From the sequence record NC_061421.1: 64,000 nucleotides of DNA. One strand, 5' to 3'. The notes beneath the pieces are model-generated. The model was not told where the DNA came from, did not search any database, and saw only the letters and a program-made list of their open reading frames with translations. Made by a program: the position numbers and the translations under genes. This document shows, piece after piece, positions 53,661-61,598 of this stretch (the first letter of the stretch is position 1; the number at the start of each line of letters is the position of its first letter).

Positions 53661-56450
53661 ATGAACAATTACGAAAAGAAAACGTTGAGTCCTAACGGAC
53701 TGAAAGTCTCTAGTCGACCGCAGACGTGGCTTCAACGTACACCTTCCGCCACCGCTATTATGTCAAAGCTGGTACCGGATGCTGTTCATCGGACAAACAC
53801 ACCCGGTAACGGAGTAGATGTTCCCGATCCGACTATATTTGACCGGCTCGTGAGTCGGCGCGCCAGAAAAAACTTGGATGCAGAAACCATCATTTCTTTA
53901 GCGCCTGATATCAAGCTAATTAAACAAATGATCGTTTCAACGACACTTTCTCCTGTTGACATGACCCAAGGGGAGTTGGGGTTTAAAACCGAAGCATCAG
54001 AAATCCCACCTAGCGTCCTCAATCAAGTTACAGAAGTGATACGGGATCACTTTGAGTCTTACTACCCTTTACGCGATAAACTCCCTGAAATCATCGGTGA
54101 GGCGTTATTTGAGACGGGTGCGTGGGTAGGCGTCATCATCCCGGAAGCGGTCATCGACGACATCGTTAACTTGCGAGAAGTCGGTAGTTATCTCGCCACT
54201 GAGAATTTTAACGAAAAACTGAAAACGCATTTTGTTGACGGAACATTACGATCAGTTGGTATCCTCGGTGACCCGGGTATCACTGATCAAGAAATAAGAG
54301 ACGCCAAGAATTCCAAAAAACCGCTGCGCACTACGGCTTCGAGTCCGTCTTTAGAAAGTATGTTCGCTATGCCCCAAACCCGCGATGATCTGGTAAAAAT
54401 AAATGACAGCGCCACGATCACTGATAACTTAGGTATCATGGGGCTAGGTCATATTCGTAACCAGATCAATGAAGAACGGTTGAAAAACAAATACCGTTAT
54501 GGGCGCTCTGGGGCGGGGCTGGAATCTTACGGGGCCAGAAAAGGTCATAACAACGTCTCGACGGTAGCGCGGTCACTTTACCATACCCGCAGTGGTCAGG
54601 CGGCTATCTCACCGGTGAAAGTCATCCCATCGGCGGCAGAAGCAAGTCGAAGTAGCATTGGTCATCCGCTTGTGGTGAAATGCCCGTCGGAATCCGTCAT
54701 CCCATGTTATCCGAAAGGGGACGAACGTAATCATATCGGCTATGTTATCGTACTGGACGAGTTAGGTAATCCGTTAAATCTGACTGATGAATTGAACCGC
54801 GCTGCCACGAGTGGGCAGATCGGGATCATGGGCGCACAACAGCAGTTGGACATGACGTCCAGTTTGATTCAACAGACCCGTATCGCTCAGAACGGTATCT
54901 GCATGGATACTGACCAGTTAGCCGCTGAGCAACGTATTCGCGTCTATAATCAGGTACTGGAAGAGAACATTCTGAACCGCATTAAGAACGGGTTGATTGG
55001 ACGTAACGTTAAGATGGCATGGAACGAAGACATTATGCGCATCATGATGTTCCGTCAGTTTGCCAACCAGAGAACAAATCTGGTCTTTGTACCTGCGGAA
55101 CAAGTTGCCTACTTTGCCTACGACTACGACAGTAACGGGATGGGTAAGTCATTACTGGATGACATCAAACAGGTTTCGGCTTTGCGGGCGATGACGACGT
55201 TCGCCAACTTTATGGCAGGTGTGAAGAACGCCGTAGGTCGAACCAAGGTCACCATGAATATTGACCCCCGTATGCCCGACCCAGAAAAAGCGTACGCTAT
55301 CTTAGTGGATGAATACCAGCGTATGCAATCCACGGTAACCCCGACTGATGTCAGCTCTTCGGCAGAAATGTTTCGTGTACTGCGGATGATGGGGACAACG
55401 ATCGAAGTGCAAGGTAACCCTCGAATTCCGAACACAACGGTCGAAATCAACGAATACCAATCGCAAAAACAAATCATCGATGAGGCGTTTACTGATGACC
55501 TACGTCGGCAGCAGTATATGGGTCTCTTTGTTACCCCAGCGATGGTGGATATGACGGACGAAGCGGATTTTGCTATTACGCGCTGGACGTCGAATCAACT
55601 CTACGCTAAACGTATCATGATGATTCAGGACGATACCTGTAAACACGGGAAAAAATTCGTTCGGTCTTACGTTAATTCTGATGGTATCTTAATTGGTCGT
55701 ATTCAGAAAATCTTCGAGGAGAATAATGATAAACTCCCAGAAGAATTCCAGCTGGATAAAGAAGCAACGATCCCTGAAGAGTTAAAATACCTTGACGCTA
55801 TCGATGCGTATTTCGATGCGTTCTACCTTGAGCTGCCACGACCGGAAAACAACCGGATCGAGAAACAGAAAGAAGAATTCGATAAAGTCAAAGACATGAT
55901 CGACGACATTGTCGACTGCTACATCTCTTCTGAACTTCTGGGAGCATTTGCGCCGGAAGACCAAGGTAAAATCGAAATGCTCAGGGCGCATATGACTGCA
56001 TACCTGAAACGCGATTGGTTACAAAGTCAAGGTTTCGACATGGGCTTCATTAAGATGCTCACGCCGGTAACCGAAGAAGACCCGTCTCTCGACATGATCA
56101 AAGTCTTCTCAACGGACATCACCAATTTACTCCATAACTTTGGTGACTTTAGTTCCGCGTTGGTAGCTACACGAAAAGCGTTACTGGAACGAATGGAAGT
56201 AGAGAACCCTAAACAACATGAAATCCTAACGGCGAACAACGATGCCGGTGGTGGTGATTGGGGTGGTGGGGGTAGTAACAATAATGACTGGAACGAAGGC
56301 GGCGACGCTTTCGGCGGAGGTGACGACTTCGGTTCATTCGAAGACACCGAGAGCGACCCTTTCTCTACTGAAGGTCTAGAGGAGAATTCTGAAGAGAATG
56401 TCGAGGAAGAAAATCCTTTCTCGACACCGGAAGAAGAACCTCCTATGTAA
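53661..56450 (+). CDS. Portal protein (phiKZ gp129 / SPN3US gp81 type)
   Basis: 929 aa; PSESVIP...HIGYVIVLDELGNP, YFAYDY...GMGKSLL motifs; acidic C-tail; position relative to the capsid gene. Confidence 0.8.
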   Translation: MNNYEKKTLSPNGLKVSSRPQTWLQRTPSATAIMSKLVPDAVHRTNTPGNGVDVPDPTIFDRLVSRRARKNLDAETIISLAPDIKLIKQMIVSTTLSPVDMTQGELGFKTEASEIPPSVLNQVTEVIRDHFESYYPLRDKLPEIIGEALFETGAWVGVIIPEAVIDDIVNLREVGSYLATENFNEKLKTHFVDGTLRSVGILGDPGITDQEIRDAKNSKKPLRTTASSPSLESMFAMPQTRDDLVKINDSATITDNLGIMGLGHIRNQINEERLKNKYRYGRSGAGLESYGARKGHNNVSTVARSLYHTRSGQAAISPVKVIPSAAEASRSSIGHPLVVKCPSESVIPCYPKGDERNHIGYVIVLDELGNPLNLTDELNRAATSGQIGIMGAQQQLDMTSSLIQQTRIAQNGICMDTDQLAAEQRIRVYNQVLEENILNRIKNGLIGRNVKMAWNEDIMRIMMFRQFANQRTNLVFVPAEQVAYFAYDYDSNGMGKSLLDDIKQVSALRAMTTFANFMAGVKNAVGRTKVTMNIDPRMPDPEKAYAILVDEYQRMQSTVTPTDVSSSAEMFRVLRMMGTTIEVQGNPRIPNTTVEINEYQSQKQIIDEAFTDDLRRQQYMGLFVTPAMVDMTDEADFAITRWTSNQLYAKRIMMIQDDTCKHGKKFVRSYVNSDGILIGRIQKIFEENNDKLPEEFQLDKEATIPEELKYLDAIDAYFDAFYLELPRPENNRIEKQKEEFDKVKDMIDDIVDCYISSELLGAFAPEDQGKIEMLRAHMTAYLKRDWLQSQGFDMGFIKMLTPVTEEDPSLDMIKVFSTDITNLLHNFGDFSSALVATRKALLERMEVENPKQHEILTANNDAGGGDWGGGGSNNNDWNEGGDAFGGGDDFGSFEDTESDPFSTEGLEENSEENVEEENPFSTPEEEPPM

Positions 56451-56458
56451 AACAAAAA

Positions 56459-56513
56459 AAAGGATCTTTCGATCCTTTCTCCCCTACAGAGAGCCAATGC
56501 TCTCTGTAGGGGA
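56459..56513. terminator. Two tandem hairpins at the portal convergent junction
   Basis: AAAGGATC-TTTC-GATCCTTT and TCCCCTACAGAGAGC-CAAT-GCTCTCTGTAGGGGA. Confidence 0.8.
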
Positions 56514-56521
56514 TTTATTAT

Positions 56522-58726
56522 TTAGTCGTGGGTACGTAAGACGAGAACAAAGCTGTCAGACTTCTGATCCTGGTAATCTTTCCGAACTTCAAACCAGCTG
56601 TTATCTGCAAACCAGATATAGTTAAAGCACGCGATGTCGCTGTTAGCATTGAAGGTCAACGCCTTTAATGCGCTATGAAGTTTAGGAGAGGAGAAAGAGG
56701 AAACTAACAGCGGTTCGTTAGGTTTCTCTTCGCCGGTGATCGACAGTTTCAGGTCATTCACTAACACGGGTGCAATAACCATGTTAATGCGTTTAACGAC
56801 ATAGATCGTTCTGGCGTCAGTGCTTTCGCTTACACCTGCACCAACAATCCCGGAACCGACTTTGAACATCTGGAAATTGCTGATGTGGAATGCAAATGCT
56901 GCGGCAAGTTTCGCCGCGAACTCCGCCCCACGTTTTTCCGTGACATCGTCATACAGGGTTGCCAGATCTTCAAACGCTTCGATACGTAAACGGCATCCCA
57001 TTTCCAAACGGAAGATGCTGTTAACCAAATCAACGATATGACGTTTCGCTGCGACGACCAGTGCTGCCGGAACACGCTCGATAACCCGATTGAAGTTGTC
57101 GTGAATATCTTGCAGGTATTTCAGCTCTACGCCGTCTTTGAAATTGAGACCGGTCATGTCAAGATGACGCAGAACATAGTTTGCTTCTTCTGCAGTCGCA
57201 CAAGTCATGATTGGTTCATACAGCTCTGCGCCCGTTTGGAACGTATTGAAGTTGGTGTGGAGATGTCCGCTTTGATCGTTAGTTGCTTCCTCGCAACGTG
57301 ACATTTCTTGCAGACGGATATGACCCATCCCGAAACCTTTTACGATCTCATCTGAACGCAGGATTTGATCAAAGGTGATTGACCCGGCGTCAGGGGCATC
57401 AGGGATAACTTTTTGCAGTTCTTCTGGTTGTCCCTCGTTCTCTTCGCGAATACTTTTAACAACGGCTTCGTACTCTTCGCGGTTCTCGTCGCGGAGTTTA
57501 CGGTTTGCCGTGACGTTGAAACGCGGAGCGCCAAGCGCGTCGCGTATTTCACTGTTTTTCGGGTGGAAGCGGTAATTCGCTTCTTTTGCCCCGACAATGT
57601 TTAACTGGTGAATTTTACGATCCACTTCTGCTACCTCTTCTGGGTTAAGGGGCTCGTAACGGACGAAACGATAACCGTCTTTCGTGATGTCCCATACCGG
57701 GCGAACGGAATCAGCTTCCCACACGATTGTATCATTACGAAGTTGTTCGTTCGGATGCAGCGGAATAGAAAGTACAACTTCGAGGTCCGTCAGATCAATA
57801 CGCCCAGACTTTACATCTTCCGCAGTAATCGGGCCGGTGGCCAGGAGATTACCTTTACTGGAACGTTTTTCGACGACAGGGGCTTTGGTTGAGGTCGTCT
57901 GACGCGAACGAATATTCTCCGGTTCAACGCGCTCGTACGCCGGACGGTTAGCTCTCCGCGGATCAGGGGTGCTAAAAGCCTCACCCATCTTTTCCTCGAA
58001 GGCGTCGTCAATCTGCTGGCGATTTTCTTGCGCCTGCTGTTCCATCGCTTCCCGACGCTGCGCTGCTGCAACATATGCGTTTTGACCCCGGCGATTTTTG
58101 CGACTGGCGTTGATATCCGGTGCCTGCGTGTGACGGTCTGAGCCATACCCATTAGCACGCGGACGAGTCGGGATCGGAGACTCATAACGCCCGCGGCGTT
58201 CTTCATTGTACCCCCGACGATCATCATAACGCCCTCGCGTATCGCGATCTTCGTAACGCCCACGGTGTTCCGGTCCACGGCCAAATCCGCCACGACCGCG
58301 ATCATCTCTGCTGTACCCCCGACGATCATCATCGTAACGACGACGATCAAGTTCTTCCGCGCGACGTTCTAATGCGCGACGAAGTTGGTTGGCGTTATCG
58401 GCCAGATAAAGAATTTCGTCTTCGGTGCGGCGGTCAGGAATCTCCGCACGACGGTCTTCTTTGATCAAAGCACCGGCAAAATACGCGGCCAGTTCGATGG
58501 CGCCTTCCCAGAGGTCACGTGGTTCTTTTCTTGCTTCGATCAACATGTCCATTGAGTCGAAGACAAAATTGATCAAATTTTCTCGGGTCGTACGAATTTC
58601 CCGACAAACATCATCGAGATAACCAAAAATCATGTCGTTACGCCCAAGTTCACTGATACGCTCGTCTAAGAAGCGGGCCAGATTACGTTCCGTGAACTCC
58701 ATATCATCTCTGCGACGATTGAACAT
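56522..58726 (-). CDS. Conserved hypothetical protein (734 aa) with an Arg/Asp/Gly/Tyr low-complexity region
   Basis: Third gene of the nvRNAP beta-N operon; RRYDDDRRGYSRDDRGRGGFGRG... segment. Confidence 0.75.
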   Translation of the reverse strand: MFNRRRDDMEFTERNLARFLDERISELGRNDMIFGYLDDVCREIRTTRENLINFVFDSMDMLIEARKEPRDLWEGAIELAAYFAGALIKEDRRAEIPDRRTEDEILYLADNANQLRRALERRAEELDRRRYDDDRRGYSRDDRGRGGFGRGPEHRGRYEDRDTRGRYDDRRGYNEERRGRYESPIPTRPRANGYGSDRHTQAPDINASRKNRRGQNAYVAAAQRREAMEQQAQENRQQIDDAFEEKMGEAFSTPDPRRANRPAYERVEPENIRSRQTTSTKAPVVEKRSSKGNLLATGPITAEDVKSGRIDLTDLEVVLSIPLHPNEQLRNDTIVWEADSVRPVWDITKDGYRFVRYEPLNPEEVAEVDRKIHQLNIVGAKEANYRFHPKNSEIRDALGAPRFNVTANRKLRDENREEYEAVVKSIREENEGQPEELQKVIPDAPDAGSITFDQILRSDEIVKGFGMGHIRLQEMSRCEEATNDQSGHLHTNFNTFQTGAELYEPIMTCATAEEANYVLRHLDMTGLNFKDGVELKYLQDIHDNFNRVIERVPAALVVAAKRHIVDLVNSIFRLEMGCRLRIEAFEDLATLYDDVTEKRGAEFAAKLAAAFAFHISNFQMFKVGSGIVGAGVSESTDARTIYVVKRINMVIAPVLVNDLKLSITGEEKPNEPLLVSSFSSPKLHSALKALTFNANSDIACFNYIWFADNSWFEVRKDYQDQKSDSFVLVLRTHD

Positions 58727-58756
58727 GTGATTTTACTCCTGTGAGATTATGAAAAA

Positions 58757-60367
58757 TTAATTACTGATTTCGTCTTGTACTTGGTCAAGGAGCTCAATGT
58801 TTTTCGGGTTGCGGATAAACTTCCCGGATTCGTCGGTGTGGGCGTAAACGTTTAGCCGTCCACGACCGTCGGGAATACCTTTGGCGAAATTACACACTGA
58901 GCCACACTCCATGATACTGGCGTGGAGGTGATATGCTGCTTCATTAGGTTTGAAGCTTTTTGTCTTCCCTTTACCAATAACTGCGTTGACTTGACGAATA
59001 GCGATACATGTATGCTTGAAGATCATGTTGTCGCCGGGGTATTGTACCGAGTTCAATTCGCCGTGACCTCGCTGAATGCCTAAGAAAGCATTCGTTGTCA
59101 GGAAACTTGAAAGTTTCCAAGTCAGACGTTTAAGTCGGAGAGTTTTCTGTTCTTTTTCCAGTTGCCATGTAAAGTTGAAAATACTCTCTGTAATGCCCGA
59201 TAAAGCATAGCGCTTCACTAAGAGATACTTACCCCACATGTTACCGGAGTTATCGTCTTTAAGACGATCCTGAATCGTTTCCAGGATATGGATAAACAAC
59301 TCGTACAAGTCGTTTGCCATAATCCCTTCCTGACGAAGGTTTTTCTTTGTTTCTCCGTCGACGTAACTGTCGAGCGACTTGAGATGAAGATCCACTTTGT
59401 TTAGCAGTTTCCCTTCGTTCTCATTTCCTTGGTGTAAAATGAACCCCATGATAATACGCCATGTATCAGGCATGTCGATATATTGCAAACTGAAACGGTT
59501 AGGATAACGGTCAACCACGTAGAAGAAATGCGTGGCCAGCAGTTTAACCCCAATGTTCTCTGTTGCTTCACGAGGAATGATCAACGCAAGGTTAGTCGGT
59601 TTCCAGTCGGAGATCGCTCGGCGGCGCTCTGGCGGCGGAAGACCTTGTGTAGTGTAAACCACATAGTCTTCTATTGGGTATTGCTCACGGAGGTTTGCGT
59701 GGTTCTCCTCTATCGCGACGTCAATCCCATAGAACCGTTTGAACGTCTCGGTCACTCCATATTTACAGAAGAGATAATGACCAAGGGTAGAATGGAACTG
59801 TTTACTTTTCCCTTCATTCCCTGTTTTTCCCTGATAGATGTTACCGTAAACAACGAAGGATGGGATAGATTCCCCGTCCTGTAGTAACGTATAGATACTC
59901 CGTTTTAACGTGAACTTGGCACGGAAAAGAATCGTGAAAAGATCGTTTCCGGCAACCGAGAACACCAGGTCGGCAAGAATAGGGTGAATCGTTGCACGAC
60001 TACCGCCGAGCCAGATAGTTCCTGCTTCTCGAACAAACGGGATGTTGATATTACGCTGGAGAATGTGCGTGCCCTGAAAACGTAACTTCATCTCGGACAT
60101 CACCGCATCGGTTTGTGCTATGTCGACTTCCCCTCTTCGTTCGGCTTTCTCATTTCCCTTGATAATCGCCTGTGCCTCTTCGTAAGGCGTTAACCGGCGC
60201 ATTCCTAAATACTCTACGTCGGGCGGGTAATCTTGCGCTGCACATTGCGCAATACGGTCGACATACGCCTCTGCGTCTTCCATGTCCTTTACAGCAAACC
60301 CGCCGGCGATATCCGGGTTAAACTTCGGTAAAGGATCTACGATATCATCGAACAGTACGTTATCCAC
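58757..60367 (-). CDS. Non-virion RNA polymerase beta-like N-terminal subunit (phiKZ gp123 type)
   Basis: P.FNPDIAGGF start, NIPFV, HYLFCKYGVTETF, LHASIMECGS...GRGRLNVY; second gene downstream of the capsid gene. Confidence 0.85.
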   Translation of the reverse strand: MDNVLFDDIVDPLPKFNPDIAGGFAVKDMEDAEAYVDRIAQCAAQDYPPDVEYLGMRRLTPYEEAQAIIKGNEKAERRGEVDIAQTDAVMSEMKLRFQGTHILQRNINIPFVREAGTIWLGGSRATIHPILADLVFSVAGNDLFTILFRAKFTLKRSIYTLLQDGESIPSFVVYGNIYQGKTGNEGKSKQFHSTLGHYLFCKYGVTETFKRFYGIDVAIEENHANLREQYPIEDYVVYTTQGLPPPERRRAISDWKPTNLALIIPREATENIGVKLLATHFFYVVDRYPNRFSLQYIDMPDTWRIIMGFILHQGNENEGKLLNKVDLHLKSLDSYVDGETKKNLRQEGIMANDLYELFIHILETIQDRLKDDNSGNMWGKYLLVKRYALSGITESIFNFTWQLEKEQKTLRLKRLTWKLSSFLTTNAFLGIQRGHGELNSVQYPGDNMIFKHTCIAIRQVNAVIGKGKTKSFKPNEAAYHLHASIMECGSVCNFAKGIPDGRGRLNVYAHTDESGKFIRNPKNIELLDQVQDEISN

Positions 60368-60388
60368 ACATATTCCCCTTATGCTCGT

Positions 60389-61384
60389 TTATAAAACAAC
60401 CGCTGCGCCCCACGCCGCTTTTTTCGCCAAAAAGGACAATAACCATTTTCCTGCTCTCAGCATTGTTGGGAGAATCGACTTAATAAACTCTCCGCCTGCT
60501 TTAATCCATGCAGAGGCGAGTTTCGCTTTCTTCTCTTTGTCTTCTTCCTTTTCAGGTTTCGCTTGTTTCAGCGCCATCTGAATCTCTTCGAGTTCCTTTA
60601 ACACAGATTCTCTAGAGGTGTGGAATTTGATTCCCAGTGGATTATTACCAGAAAGCGCATCTTCGAAACTGAAGAAACTCTTTGAGGCCAATAACCGATT
60701 CCCTCCCTTTATTCTACCATAGCTTTGCGCGGTAACGCCGTCAGGTTCGATTGACGCCCGTGAGACATTTACTTTCATCACTTGTCCGCCTAAAGCATAA
60801 TAGAGTCCTTCTACATAACGCTCTTTATCGACGGCATTCACCACAATACCTGACACCTTACTGATTTTGCAACCGGTATCGTCTTCGACAATATCGTGAA
60901 TACTTTCTTCACGATCAAGAAACGACGCTCGTGTGATCTTCATCCCTAAACCCGGGATGTTAACCTCCGAACCCAAATCGTTAAAGTCGTTTTCATCAAT
61001 CACGAAAACCATTCGATAACGATAATGGTTTCGCGAACGACGCTTCTCTTCTTCGAAATGTACCATGCAATGACCTTTCACGGCGTCATAAAGGCCAAAG
61101 CTCGCTTCAGCATAATTATTCTGAGGGTCGTCAATATTGACCGTGTCTGTGCAATAAATGACCGTCAGATGAATAATTAAACAATCGCGTAACTTCGCTG
61201 CGCCGTGGGAAAATAACTCATTGTCAGTCCCATCTGATTTTTGCACCGCCAAACCAAAACGATAATTGTTGGTCATCTCCACGGTAACGCAGAGATCACA
61301 ATTACCGGTTCGATAATCGTTTGCAGAAATCAGTGTCTCTAGGGGCATCTGTTCTTTTCTTGGATTCTCACGCTTATAAACCAT
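60389..61384 (-). CDS. Conserved hypothetical early protein with a C-terminal amphipathic helix
   Basis: First gene after the early promoter; C-terminus KLASAWIKAGGEFIKSILPTMLRAGKWLLSFLAKKAAWGAAVVL. Confidence 0.75.
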   Translation of the reverse strand: MVYKRENPRKEQMPLETLISANDYRTGNCDLCVTVEMTNNYRFGLAVQKSDGTDNELFSHGAAKLRDCLIIHLTVIYCTDTVNIDDPQNNYAEASFGLYDAVKGHCMVHFEEEKRRSRNHYRYRMVFVIDENDFNDLGSEVNIPGLGMKITRASFLDREESIHDIVEDDTGCKISKVSGIVVNAVDKERYVEGLYYALGGQVMKVNVSRASIEPDGVTAQSYGRIKGGNRLLASKSFFSFEDALSGNNPLGIKFHTSRESVLKELEEIQMALKQAKPEKEEDKEKKAKLASAWIKAGGEFIKSILPTMLRAGKWLLSFLAKKAAWGAAVVL

Positions 61385-61432
61385 CCTACACCTTATTTGT
61401 TAATTGGGAACGGAATACTTCTTACCGTACGT

Positions 61433-61476
61433 TTGACCTTTCTCAAGGGTCAATTTGGATCTTTCTCAAGGATCCA
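61433..61476 (-). promoter_or_regulatory. Tandem bulged GAGA-tetraloop hairpins in the 5' leader
   Basis: Minus strand TGGAT-CCTTGAGAAAG-ATCCA-AA-TTGAC-CCTTGAGAAAG-GTCAA. Confidence 0.65.
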
Positions 61477-61487
61477 TTAATACTCTC

Positions 61488-61503
61488 TCAATAAGGTAAT
61501 ATA
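61488..61503 (-). promoter_or_regulatory. Putative early (vRNAP) promoter TATATTAC-CT-TATTGA
   Basis: Exact phiKZ early core TATATTAC; upstream of an nvRNAP subunit operon. Confidence 0.75.
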
Positions 61504-61536
61504 GGTTTCAAGAAAATTCGATATGGCAAACATAGA

Positions 61537-61565
61537 CCCAGTCCCTCGCAATGCGAGGGACTGGG
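61537..61565 (-). terminator. GC-rich hairpin after the capsid gene, with no poly-U and followed by TC-TATG
   Basis: CCCAGTCCCTCGC-AAT-GCGAGGGACTGGG; CATA at 61531-61534. Confidence 0.75.
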
Positions 61566-61598
61566 CTAAGGCTTATTTAACTAAGCAATGACGCTAAC

